A DNA stretch of 64,000 nt, taken from the human T2T-CHM13v2.0 reference genome, Homo sapiens. The stretch lies in NCBI RefSeq assembly GCF_009914755.1, contig NC_060925.1. One strand, written 5' to 3'. Shown piece after piece: positions 1 to 15,102 of this stretch (position 1 is the first letter of the stretch; every line of letters starts with the position of its first letter). The position numbers and the translations under genes are program-made. Below the pieces are notes generated by a model. The model was not told the DNA's origin. It saw nothing but the letters and a program-made list of their open reading frames with translations, and searched no databases.

Positions 1-2143
1 AACAGGTATTTTGAATTCTCTGTCTGAAAGGTACCATGTGTCTCTTTCTCCAAGAGTGGTCCCTGGTGCCCTATTTAGTTTGTTTGGTGAGGTCATGCTT
101 TCCTGGATTATGTTGATGGTTGTAGATATTCTTTGGTGTCTGGACATTGAAGGGTTAGGTATTTATTGTAGTCTTCTCATTCTGGGCTTATTTGTAACGG
201 TCTTTCTTGGGAAGGCTTTCCAGGAATTCTCAAGTACTTGGGTGTTGTGATCTAAGCACTGCCTGCATGAAGGGGCACCCCAAGCCCGGTAACACTGTGG
301 TTCTTACAGACTCATAAGATGCCGCCTTCGTGGTCTTAGATAAGATCTGGAAGAGTTCTGTGGATTACCAGGCAGAGACACTTGTTCTCTTCCCTTGCTT
401 TCTTCCAAACCAACAGAGTTCTCTCTATGTTGAGCTGCCTGGAGCTGTGGGTTGATACAAGTGCCCCTGTGGTTACCACCACTGGGATTGCACTGGGTCA
501 GACCTGGAGCCAGCATAGCATTTTGTCTCACTCAAGGCCCAGTATAACCACTACCAGGTTATCGCCTATGTTCTCTGAAGGCCCTAGGGCTCTACAATCA
601 GCAGGTAGCAATGCCAGAAAGTCTTGTGTTTTTCCTTTCAGGGTAGTGAGTTCCCTTAGGCCCAAATGGGTCTAGAGTAGCTGTCCAGGTGCTAGGGACT
701 AGAATGAAAACCTTCTAAATCTACCTGATGTTCCATTGTACTGTGCCTGAGCCTAAGCCACGAGTCACGGTTTTTCCCGTTCTTCCCTCCTCTTTCCACA
801 AGCAGAGGAGCCTCAGCCCACGGCCATCACCAACACAGGCCCATGGGGAGTACTGCCAGGCTTCCACCAATGTTCATTTAAAGCCCAAGTGCTCTTTAGT
901 CAGCTTATGGTGAATGTTGCCTGACCTAGGACTCACCCTTCAGGGTGGTGGGCTCCCCTCTGGCCCATGGCAGACTCAGAAATGCCATCTAAAAGCCAAG
1001 GCCTGGAATCGGGGACCCCAAGAACCTGCCTCATGCTCTATCTCCCTGTGGCCTAGCTGGTACCTAAGATGCAAGACAAAGTCCTGTTTACTTTTTCCTC
1101 TGCTTTCTTCGAGTAGATGGAGTCTGTCATCATAGCTACCACAGCTGGGAAAGTGCTGTGTCTCACCTGAAGCCAACATGTCTCAGAGTCTCACCCAAAA
1201 CCCATGGCATACTCCATGAGTATTGCATTGGTTATTCAGGGCCAAAGGGTTCTTTAGTCCACAGGTGATGGGATCTGCCATGACTGGGTACTTCCTTTCA
1301 AGTCAATGCGTTCCCTTCTGGCTGAGGGAGTTTCTCAAAATACTTTCTGGGAGCTAAGGCCTGAAATGGGGGTCTCACAACATTGTCTGGTACCCTATCC
1401 TACTGTGGCTGAGCTGGTATCCAAGATGCAAGTTAAAATCCTCTTTACTCTTCCCTTTCCTCTCCTCAAGCAGAAGCAAGGGGTCCCTTTTGGAGCCACA
1501 AGGGGTCTCTTTTGCAGCCTGGAGCTGGAGGAGGGTGGTGCAAGCACTGTATTAACCATTGTGTCTGGTGTCTCAGTAAGTTACATGTCCCCCCAGTCCA
1601 CTGGCTCTGACACCAGCCCAGCACAAGGACTCACCTACGACTTAGAGTCCTTATGGCCTAGATTGCCTTTCAAGTTTATTTAGGTGCCCAGAGCACTCCA
1701 TCCTGCAGTGGCAAGGCTTGCTGGAACTCAGATTTTGACTGCTCAGATGGGTGATTCCCATCTGGCTAGAGCCAGTCCATATGCTCCTTCCATGAGTGGC
1801 TGTCAGCTAAGTACAGCCTGGTTCTGCTTTTGCTATGACAGGACAGCACTGAATTAAGTGCAGCGTGTCACAATCACTGCATTCTTTCTCCCCAGATGCA
1901 CAGATTCTTCTTGCCATGCAGCCACTGCTGGGGGATGAGGGAATGATTGTGTTGGCAGTTCAAGACTTTTTCCTGCCCTATTCAATGCCTCTTTCTGTAA
2001 TATTCAGTTAAAACCAGGTAGTGTGAATGCTTACCTGATTTTTGGTTCTTAGAAGGTGCTTTTTTGGTGTAGTTAATAAATTTGGTATTCCTCTTGGGAA
2101 GACAATCAGTGTAGCTTTCTATTCCGCCATCTTGCTCCACCCT
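1..2143 (-). mobile_element. Old LINE-1 5' region (L1M1/L1M2-type 5' end, L1MA-age), running off the left edge
   Basis: Minus strand starts GGGTGGAGCAAGATGGCGGAATAG (YY1 core GCCATCTTG at 2126-2134, typical of L1 5' termini). GC-richer, internally repeated 5'UTR-like sequence. Confidence 0.75.
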
Positions 2144-2156
2144 CTATGTCGAATTA

Positions 2157-2628
<472 letters not shown>

Positions 2629-2779
2629 TACTTTTAATTCTTCAAATGCACTGTATTCTTATCTCCACCCACCCTGCCTCAACTGTACTGTCCCTATTCC
2701 TCCTCTCTTACACAAATAATACTTCCATTACATGAAGGCTTTGTTCTCCTTCCCTTTGAATAAGTCCTACGGATTTTAA

Positions 2780-3056
2780 AAATTTTGATTTAAATCTTAA
2801 GCCTTTTGTGAAGGGTTTCTTCCTTCATCACTCACTGCCTTTCCTTCCCCTCTTCCATATGTATAAGCAGGTATACTCACTTTTTGTTTCCATAGCACCT
2901 TGTACTTCCACCGTAGCCTTAATACATTGCAGCATTATTGTCCATTTAATTATCTTTTTCATTAGGCTTTAAGCTCCATGAGGTTAGGGACTATGTCTCT
3001 TTTTCATCATTGTTGCATTCCCAGGCTTGGCATAATGTATATTTTAATAAATATTT
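2780..3056 (+). mobile_element. L2 3' end fragment
   Basis: TAAGCTCCATGAGGTTAGGGACTATGTCT...AATAAATATTT resembles the L2 3' consensus. Confidence 0.6.
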
Positions 3057-3057
3057 A

Positions 3058-3340
3058 GACCAGGCACAGTGACTCACACCTGTAATCTCGCACTTTGGAG
3101 GCTGAGGCAGGAGGCTTGCCTTAGCCCAAGAGTTTGAGACCAGTCTAGGTAACATACTAGATCCTGTCACTGCAAAAAGTTAAACAAAATTTTAGCCAGG
3201 TGTGTTGGTACATGCCTGTAGTCCTAGCTACTTGGGAGACTGAGGTGGGGAGGTGCTTGAGCTTAGGAGTTTGAGGCTGCAGTGAGCTAGAATCACACTA
3301 CTGTACTTCAGCCTGGGCAACAGAGCAGAGAAAAATATAT
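3058..3340 (+). mobile_element. AluJ
   Basis: Diverged Alu dimer with J-type GAGGCTGCAGTGAGCTA. Confidence 0.9.
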
Positions 3341-3509
3341 AAGAAAATTTATATCTAGAATAACATTCATGAAATTTACTAGTAATCTCAGATGTGTCCA
3401 AAATAATACTCTCAGTCTAGGTAGATATGAATATTGTTTTTAGGTTGTTTATTAGCTCATTTGTTGAAGTTCATAGCCCTACCCAATATTAAAGTTGATG
3501 ATAATTTTA

Positions 3510-3822
<313 letters not shown>

Positions 3823-5489
3823 GTATAGGCAGAATGTAACCTCCTGTAACAGCAAAATCTACTTTTAAGTAAGGTATTTGAGGTTTATCCAAAGTTCAAA
3901 GTTGACATCTTGACATTGTTTCACATTTATATTTGAACTTAAATACTTTTTGGCAGTTGCCATTTTTCAGTTAGATGGTATTTTTCAAACAAATAATTTT
4001 ATTTTTTCTGACTTTCCTTCTTTGGAGCCTAGTAATTTTGGGAGTATATATTTAGAACATCGTGTATAGTTTTTTAAGAAAGAAAATGGCATTGATCTAT
4101 TTCTTTTGAAAATAATACTCTGTTGGTGGTTTGGAAAGGTTTATGTAGAGGTAAATGGGTTTATGTCTGTTGATGGGCTCCTGCAGATAAAGCCACAGAC
4201 ATCTTCAGCCATGCTGCTTTTGTGTTGATGTTCTGTTTTTCCCTTGGGACAATAGGTGCTGTTCCTTGTAAAAATATGATAGGAAAGGAAATTTGTTCTG
4301 TTTTGCTGCTATTTAAAGCACCACAGACCTGCTCAGTAGACTTTGACACTCTATTCATCTCATCCTCCGTTGAATTATTGTTGTTGTTTTATTAGGGAAA
4401 AGTTTTCCTTGGAGATAATTCCTACAAAGTAATTATAATTTACAAAGTTTTCTTGGTTTTCCATGTGAAATGAAATTATTTCTGGAGATTTGGGCCTATG
4501 AATATCTGGTTTCAGAGTCTTAATCATTAATTGTTTTGCCTCCTATTTAGATGATTAAAGTTAAAGCTAATTTATTTTCTCTGTTTTCATTACTAACGTA
4601 AAATTTTTAGGTGGCCAGTAGAAAGAATTCCTAACAGCCAAAATCTCTGGTCTTTTAGAATGTCATTTTAAACCACTTTTCTCTCATCTTCTTATACATA
4701 TTTGCTCCGACTCTACCTTTCACTGTGGGTTTCATTTACCCTGGAACCTAGGTTACTAGGGGCTGCAGGAAGTACCTGGTGCAGGGAATACTAGTACCCA
4801 TTCTTTCATAGCCAGGAAAAAGGGGAGAGGGTGTTGGAATATACACAAACAAGTCAAAGTTGGGGAGACTTGAGTGCATCAAGTCGATAAGTCTTTGCCA
4901 AGTCCTGCCTACTGAGGGATGCTCAGTTTCTACAGGGCAGGGAAGACACCTTTGGTAAGAAAATAATTTACCTTCTAGCATTGACCCCCTTATCAATCCC
5001 TTATCCTCCTTTAGAAGAATTGAATTGCCTGTGGTTAGCTTCTAACTTCCCCAAAGCATGTAGTACTCTGCAGCCTGGGTTGTAAGGCTTATAATGAGTG
5101 TTTGCCCTAGTCTGGGGATTCTTTTTACCATAAGTGGTGTGTCTGATGGAAACTGCCTCCCTCTGGAAGATATATATCATGAACTCTCATTGTTTCAGTG
5201 TAACTTCTAGTCTCACAAATTCATGGAGTGAAAGTCAGAGAGTGAAATTTAGCTTAGTTTCTATGGGGATGTGAGTAATCTTTAGGGATTATTAAAACAA
5301 TATACTTTTTTTCCCCCCAAGTTTTCCCTTGCTCCTCTTTTTCTAGCTCTTCCCCCATTCACCTATGGAATCATCTGCATTCATTATTTCAGGAGAGAGG
5401 TAGATACAGTCTAAAATGTAGGAGTAATTGCTCAGCTCTGAGACTTACATTTTATAAAAATAAATTCTTATCTTAATGTAAAATACTTC

Positions 5490-5868
5490 TTCAGGAACAA
5501 AATTCAAAAGATCCAAAAGGATCTAATTGTACATAAATCTCCTCCTTCTTTCTCCCCAACCCACCAGCATTCTTTCTCTTTGTCATTCAGTTCTGTATAC
5601 ACAAACAGTACATAGTTTACACTCTTGTACACCTTGCTTTTTTCAAGTAATACCTTTGCTATAGTTCTAGATTGGTACATATTAAACTACCTCATTCTTT
5701 TTAATTAGTTATAGTAATCATATCTTACTGGTAGATATTACTTCAGTTCCTCATCTTATGCTTTCACAAATGATGCTGCGGTGAAAATCCCTAGCCACAC
5801 ATCATTTTGCACACATATGAGTTTATCGATAGGATAAATTCCCAGGAGTAGAATTACTAGGTCAAAGA
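5490..5868 (-). mobile_element. L1ME-type 3' fragment
   Basis: ACAAATGATGCTGCGGTGAAAATCC...GGATAAATTCCCAGGAGTAGAATTACTAGGTCAAAG matches the antisense L1M 3' motif. Confidence 0.65.
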
Positions 5869-5870
5869 CT

Positions 5871-5999
5871 TATTTTATTTTTTAGAGATGAGATCTTGCT
5901 GTGTTACCCAGGTTGCTCTCGAACCCTGGACACAAGCATTTCTCCTGCCTCAGCCTGCCAGTGTGCTGGGATTACAGATGTAAGCCACCACATCCAGCC
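5871..5999 (-). mobile_element. Free left Alu monomer (FLAM)
   Basis: Left arm only; AAGACT on both sides. Confidence 0.85.
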
Positions 6000-6171
6000 A
6001 AGACTAGTATTTTTAACTTTGAGTTTAAATTTTTTTTTCTATGTCAAACTGTAGACATGAAAGTTTAGGGTTTTTTCCTGAAACAAATGAAGATTTTCTA
6101 AATTCTAGAAATTTCACAATATGTATTAACAAAATTTGAAAATCTGTACATAATTCCACTATACTCTATGG

Positions 6172-6997
6172 TGTAGAAAGGACTGAAGATGATACATGGA
6201 CAATTTTTGCCACATTAGAAGGAAAATCCTTTCCAGTGTTGAGAAGAAGAGCCGTAGGTCAGTGTCTTTATTCCCCTGTATACCTTTTCAGGAGCTGAAC
6301 TTCAAAAGTAGGAAACAGGGAGGTATTGACAGTGATAGTGATAGTAATAGTGAAAACAGTCAGTTAGGTTCTGGAGAGAATCTGAGAACAGCAAGATTGT
6401 CTGAGAAAGACGACCCTCTAAGGGATAGAGAACTTCTAAGAGCACTGGTAGACTGGCCAAAGCCTATAAACAGAGCATGGAGGCTGCAGAATACTTGGAC
6501 CTTAAAACCAGAAGATACAGCAAAATTTGAGGGCATCAGTAGTGGTTGCCAAGAAGACCAGCCAAATCTCAGTGAACACAACAAGCACAGGATATTTAGT
6601 GACCAGGTCAAGTGATAAATATCTCAATTGAAGGCAACCAATTGCCTGACCTACAGCAAGTGAACTAGCACGCGTGTCCTCTCCACCATGACCATGAAAC
6701 AACTCAGCTTCCTCCTTGTACCTAGTTGCCATCCCAGGAATGAAGAGAGAGTAGAGAGATTCCTTAAAGAAGTTGGACTTTTTATGGAAAGATTGTTTGC
6801 CTGAAAGAGACTGCTTTAAACTAGGAGACCAAGTTATGTTTAGTTGGTAAATTTATGACAACTGCCCATCCTACCCACACCCATCACTATTAGAGAAAAT
6901 CGATGCTGCAGAGAAAAATGATATAAAATGTAGAAATGAAATTATATATTTCTTGAATGTCTCAGTCATTGTGTATAAATTTTATCACCCTTCTCCA
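6172..6997 (+). mobile_element. Probable ancient Gypsy-type solo LTR (MamGypLTR-like)
   Basis: Starts TGTAG, ends ...GTGTATAAATTTTATCACCCTTCTCCA. The 3' end resembles the recalled MamGypLTR1 terminus. Confidence 0.45.
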
Positions 6998-7257
6998 GCA
7001 TACACACACATGTGCACACACTACTGGGGAGTATCTCTCTAGGTTCTTCTACCACATGTAAGGCATACCCAAGGGTAAATCATATGGCAACATACACAAG
7101 TTTCTATATTTTTTCTATTAGCTTTAATATTAATAGAATTTTGTGTGAGTATATAGCAACTTCTGGTTGCCTGTAGCTATCTTTACTGAAATATTCCATC
7201 ATATCTTCACCATATCACAATAACTTAAATAGGATCTCTTTTCCTTTTATCAAGTAT

Positions 7258-7380
7258 AGTAATAGCTAACATTAGTGAGTGTTTATTATGTATCCAGCAC
7301 TGTGCCCATATGTAATACTTTGCAAGGATCAATGTGCTGTATATGAGGAAACTGCAAGTTAAGGAACTTCCATGTATACT
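7258..7380 (-). mobile_element. MIR fragment
   Basis: AATAGCTAACATTAGTGAGTG...CAGCACTGTGC...GAGGAAACTG. Confidence 0.6.
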
Positions 7381-8460
7381 TTGAAGTTCATTCTCTTAAA
7401 TAAGGAAGCTATATTGCCTTCCACTGCCTTGCATTTTTGTTTTCAGCCCTGTCCTTCAAAACCTTACTGTGTTTGTGTAAATTCTGTCTTCCCATGTTCC
7501 TTCTCCCCCACTCCCTTGTCCCATTTGGTTTTCTGGTCCTTCTCTGTTGCATGAATTCTATTTCCCTCCTTTTATTGCCTGAGGTCTTTCTGGCACACTG
7601 ATTCTCTGAGCCTGTTCTTATGCTCCTCTTTCCCTCCCACTCTTTGCCCTTTTGTCATTGGCAGCTTCTTACAGATTCCCTTGCTGTTTTTATTTTCTCT
7701 CTCTCAGTCCAACAAAGACTGCTTATAAAGAGCAGTGACCTTGTCATTTGAACAAAAGATTCCAAGAACCCTGTGTAGGTTGGTTATTGATTTGCTTAAC
7801 TGAAGAAACTGATTAGCTACTTCATCTGTTGTTGAGTATCTCTATTAATGTCAGGGAGTTACATGTTACAGTATTAGTAGCTCTGACAGTGACTGTCTTC
7901 AAATTAATTTTACTGACTGATTTTATCTCAGAGTTCTTATCTATAGAGTGATCACTATAATACCTCCCAAAAGGAAAGATAAAATCCCTGAAAGTGCATT
8001 ACCTTAGAGGCTTATTTTAAAACAAGTTTTATTTTTTTATTTCACATTTTTAAAGTTCCAAATTATGCTTGGAAAAGATAATATCATTTAGGCCTTTAAG
8101 TTTTTTTTAGCTTTGAATTCACTGATATGTATTTTTCATTTAGATTTGAAATATGATAATTGAGAAGAGTATATTCAACAAAAGAAGAGTGAAGTAATAT
8201 ATGAATGTATATGTAAACCTAACTACATATATTTATAGAAATATGCATATGCTTCCATAAATATTAACCATACGTGATTATGTTTGTAATATTCACATAT
8301 TGCTTAGGAATGCTAATTAATTAAAAGGTCTTGTTGAATTCAAATTGGTTTTACAAGCTTCATTTTAATGATTTGTTATTATTACTGTGCGACTTTGAAA
8401 AACCAGGTCTATTGAACTTATGGATATGGGAAATACATATATTTAAACTGAAACAAAACG

Positions 8461-8792
8461 TTATTTTATTTTTATTTTTTATTTTTTATTTTTTTGAGAG
8501 AGTTTTGCTTTGTTGCCCAGGCTGGAGTGCAGTGGTATGCGATCTCGGCTCACTGAAACCTCTGCCTCCTGGGTTCAGATAATTCTCCTGCCTCAGCTTC
8601 CTGAGTAGGTGGGATTACAGGCGCATGCCACCACGCCCGGCTAAATTTTTTTTTTTTTTTTTTTGTATTTTTAGTAAAGATGGGGTTTCACCCTATTGGC
8701 CAGGCTGGTCTTGAACTCGCGACCTCAAGTGACCTACCAACCTCGGCCTCCCAAAGTGCTAGGATTACAGGTGTGAGCCACCGCGCCTGGCC
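8461..8792 (-). mobile_element. AluS (Sx/Sz-like)
   Basis: Full dimer; target-site duplication (TSD) TGAAACAAAA. Confidence 0.93.
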
Positions 8793-9504
8793 TGAAACAA
8801 AATTTTAATTGTGACTTTTTAGCATTACTTTCTCCTCAAAAAGCCAAGAATTGACTCTTTGATATGTTATCTAGTGAAATAAATTTGATATTATTTTCTT
8901 TGATTTCTGTAGAGAATTTTTGTTTATAGTTTAAATTCCTTTTGGATAACATTAGGAATTATTTTAATAAGTAGAGTAGGTTTTCTAATTATTAGTAAGT
9001 TGTAATTATTTACCCCCTCATTTTTTTTCAATCTTACAAAAGGCCAAAATATCACAATGAACATATCCAGTAGAACTGGGGGGAAAATTAAAAATGAGTT
9101 TCTTTATGCAAAATTGCTACCACATATAATGCATTATGATATGGGGAGTGGCTTACAGTTCATATATTCTTATAGTTTATATATTCTTGATTAAATCTTT
9201 TACAGAACTTAGAAATTTAAGTTAAAAACACTTAAATTAAAAAAATTTAAGTTATTTTATGTGGATTAATTTTAAAATTAATAGCATAGTAGAAAGATGA
9301 TTGTAATCTTCAAAGATTTTCAAATTAGTGTATACCGTTCATATGACTTAGAACATTTAGGAAAACTACAGGTATATTTTGGCATAGAAAATAACAAAAT
9401 GTGGATTATTGTTTTTACTTTTTTGTTGGATTTCAATTTGATGTTTACAAGTATTGAGGTTATTTTATATAGTATTGGAAAGCTTGGATACCTAGAAACA
9501 TGGA

Positions 9505-9725
9505 TTCTTAGTGGTGGGTTTTGGCATCAAACACACATTGGCCTGAGTCAGAGCTTCATCCATTTCAAGCAATGTTACCTTGGGCTACCATTCCGAGCCT
9601 CAGTTTCCTTGGTTATGAAATGGGAGTGATGGCAATTATCTCAACGAATTATTGTGAAGATGAAATGATAAGATGTTTAGCGCAGTGCCTGGCACTTATT
9701 GAGGGTTGGTAAATGGTAGTTGTTG
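9505..9725 (+). mobile_element. MIR
   Basis: Core GAGCCTCAGTTTCCT...AAATGGG and CAGTGCCTGGCAC. Confidence 0.75.
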
Positions 9726-9924
9726 CTAATTGTAGCAATGACAACAGTTCTAGTGTTGTATAGTGTGAGAAAATAAAATCAAATCTGAAACATATATCAC
9801 ATCACTTTCATAGCTTTCTCTCTCTGTTTTCAATCTCTGTTCCTGGGACTCTCTTTTAAGTTCATATATTATAATGTTATTAATTTTAGACCCTAATAAC
9901 TTCTAAACTGTTTAGAGTCATAGT

Positions 9925-10055
9925 TATGTAATCATAAACTTTTAGAGCTGAAGGGAATTTGGGGATCATTTAGTCCAAACCTCTTATTTTACAAGAAAGA
10001 AAATTATGTTTGGAGTAGTGAAGTGATTTACCCAGTATAAATTACTTGTGGCAGG
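9925..10055 (-). mobile_element. MIR3/MIRc fragment
   Basis: TTTAGAGCTGAAGGG...GATCATTTAGTCCAAACCTCTTATTTTACA. Confidence 0.6.
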
Positions 10056-10057
10056 CT

Positions 10058-10361
<304 letters not shown>

Positions 10362-11178
10362 GGTGGGTTTCTTATAAGTGGAACGCTGTTCATTGTACCA
10401 CATACTGGCCCCCTCAATGTATCATTCATTTAAAGTGTGAGGCTCTGTTAGTTTGATTTGTTCACTTGAGACCCTGTTATGCACTGGGTACTGTGCATGA
10501 AATGAGAACTATAAAGTTCCTACCCTGCAGATATTCATAGTGAAAGGAACTGATTGACAATCACAGTAGTGTGATAAGTATTATAGAAGTAGGGTATAGT
10601 AAATACAGTTAAACGAAAACAAAGGGATAGGAACCGTAGTTTATTAAGTGTCTATATGACAAGTAACTCCCATACACTCATTTAATGCCATAACCTTCTG
10701 ATATAGATATTATTATCCATAATTTCTTATTTCATAGCAAAGCTCAGCTCCTGATTGAGAAGGAAGGAAGGAGGCATGGTATCCCTGAGTTCCAGTAAAA
10801 AACTCAGTGCTCATGAGGACATGGGCCTTCTATAAAAGATTTGGTAGATATTGGTTGATAATTAAATGGGAGTGATGAATCATTGAGACTGTCTTTTTAC
10901 CTGCCGCTGACATTAAAGACCAAGTTGCTTTTTTTGTCATTTGTTTTTTACAAATTCATTGCCTTAATTGAGTAGAAGAAACTAAACATTTTCTAATTTC
11001 TTAAGAGAATAACCTTAGTGATCTAAACTGAGGAATAAGCATTTCCTGTTGTAAATGTACTTCTCTCAGTTCTCTTAGTATTTCTGGAGTCAAAAATCTA
11101 GGGCAAGGCCAAAAGCTTGGGAAAGACACAGAATCTTCCATGCCCTCTGAGACCCTACATTTTCTAAACTTAACTTGA

Positions 11179-11470
<292 letters not shown>

Positions 11471-12557
11471 TCACTTTGTTTACTTTTATTACTTGCTTTT
11501 CTCCTGCTATGCCTTCGTAAAATCTCTTAGTTGCATCACTGATGGGCATTTAAGGCATTGTGAGAAGATTTAGTTGTTCAGTGACAGTAGTAAGTTGTCA
11601 TTTTTATTGCTGGCTTAAAAAATAATTTTTGGAAGAGCTGCCATGTACTAACAGTCCATTGCATAACACTTTACTTTTTGTTTTTTTAAAGAGATAGTAT
11701 CTTTTTATTAACATTTTTTTAAAAATCCATAACTTAGTAGGTGTTAGTGTTTCTAAAACACTTGATTGCTCTTGGTTCCAAATAGGTTTTCAGTGGGGAA
11801 AAAAATACCCATTTAGAGAATATTTGATATGGCATATATGCTCTCTTTCTAGGGGAAAATATCCTTCTGGGATTCTTAGGATACCTGTTTTTTTTTTTGA
11901 CTTTCAGTTTTATAAATAGAGCTGACCTAGGTTTACGGGTTTCTTTCATTTCTAAAATTCTGCTGTTTTACTAGAACTACTATTATCTTTGGAAACTCTT
12001 AATTAAAAGAAAGAAAAATATATAATATTAGGCAGAAACCATGAAAATTATAAATAGAAAATTATATTAATTATAATATGCATCAGAATTTGGTGCTCTT
12101 TATAGTTACTGAAATGTATATAAAAATAAATTTGCTAACATAGTGAACTTTTTATAAGCAACAAGTATGCAAAAAGTTCATTAATTATTATAAGCAGCTA
12201 GAATGCCAGGCAGAATATTAGCAACCAAATTTATATTACATAGGCAATAATTGACAGATTCGTCTCTGGAGAAACTGACTATTCCAAAGGAAAAGAATCC
12301 CAAAGAGCTGGCCAGGTCACTACTCCACTGACAATGAGGCACACCCTTGAACAAACCCCACTGAAGTCCACAGAGCTTCTGATCACATTTTTAGTTCTTT
12401 TAGTTCTTTAGTATTTAATATATAAAATAGTCTAGAATTACTAGATTTTCAAGGAATACCTTTATTGTGAATGAAAACCAAATAACACAAAACAGAAAAA
12501 AAGGAAACTCAGGAAACAACTCAAGAGAAACAGAGATAATGCAGAAGAAAGTACACG

Positions 12558-12722
12558 GTATATATATATATATATATATGTACATATATGTGTGTATATA
12601 TATGTACATATATATGTGTGTATATATATGTACATATATATGTGTGTGTGTATATATACATATATGTGTGTGTATATATACATATATGTGCATATATATA
12701 CACACACACACATATATATATT
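12558..12722. repeat. Compound (TA)n/(TG)n/(CA)n microsatellite
   Basis: Directly visible alternating purine-pyrimidine tract. Confidence 0.97.
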
Positions 12723-13099
12723 TATATTCCAGAATATTCCAGAAATTCTTTCAGAGAATATGAGATGAATTAGTGAAACTTTTCAAATGCAAAAATGACA
12801 CAGTTACTAACTCTAGGAAAAACCAAGCTTGAACAAGAATACATAATTATAGAACATTATATGGCCTAACTGTGAATAACAGATATGTGGTTATAAGACA
12901 ATAAATAGTGATTAACCTAAATTGGAGATATAATGATATTAGGGTAATAGATGTAGTAGAAGAGAGTGTGTGTATGTGTGTTCATTCATGTGCTTGTGCA
13001 TACATACATATGTGAGTGCAGACATGACCATGGGCATATGTGTTGGTGGGTGGGTAAGTGCTGTATTCTCATCTTCCATGTTGCGAAGTCAGTAGATAA

Positions 13100-13291
13100 G
13101 GGGTTTGCAAACTATGACCTGGAGTCCAAATCCAGCTGCCCACTGTTACTTCAAAATAAAGTTTCATTGGAACACAGCTACTCCTGTTTATTTACATATT
13201 GTCTACAGCTGCTCTGGTGCCACTATGGCAGAGATGAATTGTCAAGAAAGAATCCATATGGCCCACAAAGCCTAAGATATTTACTATCTGG
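13100..13291 (+). mobile_element. MER58A (hAT-Charlie), 3' end missing
   Basis: GGGGTTTGCAAACTATGACC...AATAAAGTTTCATTGGAACACAGC...GGCCCACAAAGCCTAAGATATTTACTATCTGGC. Confidence 0.85.
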
Positions 13292-13361
13292 CTACACAAT
13301 AATTAAAACAAATTTTAAAAATCAGGAAATAGCAGTTCATCATTTAGAAATATACATGTAA

Positions 13362-13662
<301 letters not shown>

Positions 13663-13950
13663 GAAATGTAAATACAAAAAAAATCAGTTGTGTTCTATGC
13701 AGTAATAAGGAACTATCTAAACAAGAAATGAAGAAAACAATTCCATTTACAATAGCTACAAAAAAATTACTCAGGAATAAATTTTACCAAGGAGATGAAA
13801 GACCTCTACACTGAAAACTATAAAGTATTGATGAAATAAATTGAAGAGGACACAAACAAATGGGAATATATCCTGTGTTCATAGATTAGAAGAATTAATA
13901 TTGTTAAAATGTCCATACTACCTAAAACAATCTACAGATTCAATAGACTC

Positions 13951-14260
13951 TTTTTTTTTTCTTTTCTTTTTTTTTTTTGTGACAAGGTCTGGCTCTGTTA
14001 CTTAGGCTGGAGTGCAGTGGTGTAATCTCGGCTCACCACAAACGCCGCCTTCAGAGCTCAAGCCATCCTCTCAACTTAGCCTCCTGAGTAGCTGGGACTA
14101 CAGGTATCAGCCACCATGCCTGGCTAATTTTTGTGTTTTTTGTAGAGTTAGGGTTTCGCCATGTTGCCCAGGCTTGTCTCCAACTCTTGAGCTCAAGTGA
14201 TGTGCCCACCTTGGCCTCCCAAAGTGCTAGGATTACAGGCATGAGCCAGCACGCCTGGCC
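13951..14260 (-). mobile_element. AluJb inside L1MA5
   Basis: Full dimer; AGACTC on both flanks. Confidence 0.92.
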
Positions 14261-15102
14261 AGACTCAACACCCTTTATCAAAATTCCAATAACTTTTTTC
14301 ACAGAAATAGAAAAAATAACCCTAAAACTTGTTTTAGGATTGTTTAAATCTTATTTGTTTAAATCCTGTTTAGACCCTGAATAGCCAAAGCAAACTTGAG
14401 GGAAAAAAAAAAAACCAAACAAATAAAAACAAAGCTGGAAGCATAACACAACCTGACTTCAAAATACAATACACAGGTATAATAACCAAAACGGCATGGT
14501 ACTGGCACAAAAACAGAACCATAGACCAATAAAACAGAAGAGAGGGCCCAGAAGTAAATACATTTATAGTCAATTGATTTTTGACAACTATGCCAAGAAC
14601 ACACAAGATGGAAAAGACAGTCTCTTCAATAAATGGTCCTAGGAAAACTGGATATCCATGTGCAGAATAATGAAATTAGAGCCTCATTTCATACCATATA
14701 CAAAAATTCAAGTCAAAATGAAGACTTAAATGTAAAACCTGAAACTGTAAAACTACTAGAAGACAGTGTAGGGGAAAAGCTCCATGACATTGGTCTGGGC
14801 AATGATGTTTTAGATATAATTCCAAAAGCACAAGCAACAGAAGCAAAGGTAGACAAATAGAATTGAATCAAATGAAAAAGCTTCTGCACAGCAAAAGAAA
14901 CAACAGGGTGAGGAGTCATCCTACAGAATGGGTGCAAATATTTGCCAACCATACATCTGATAAGGGGTTAATATCCAAAATATATAAGGAATCAATTCAA
15001 TTGTAAGAAAACAACCTGATTTAAAAATGGGCAAAATACCTGAATAGACACTTCTCAAAAGAAGACATAAAAATGGCCAGCAGGTATATAAAAAAATGTT
15101 CA

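Noticed and set aside
11-1683. Cluster of short ORFs at the window start
   Set aside because: All lie within the old L1 5' region and have no coherent product.
12415-12773. Y/I/C/V/H/T-rich ORFs here and at 29041-29466 and 60775-61383
   Set aside because: Translations of (TA)/(CA) microsatellites.
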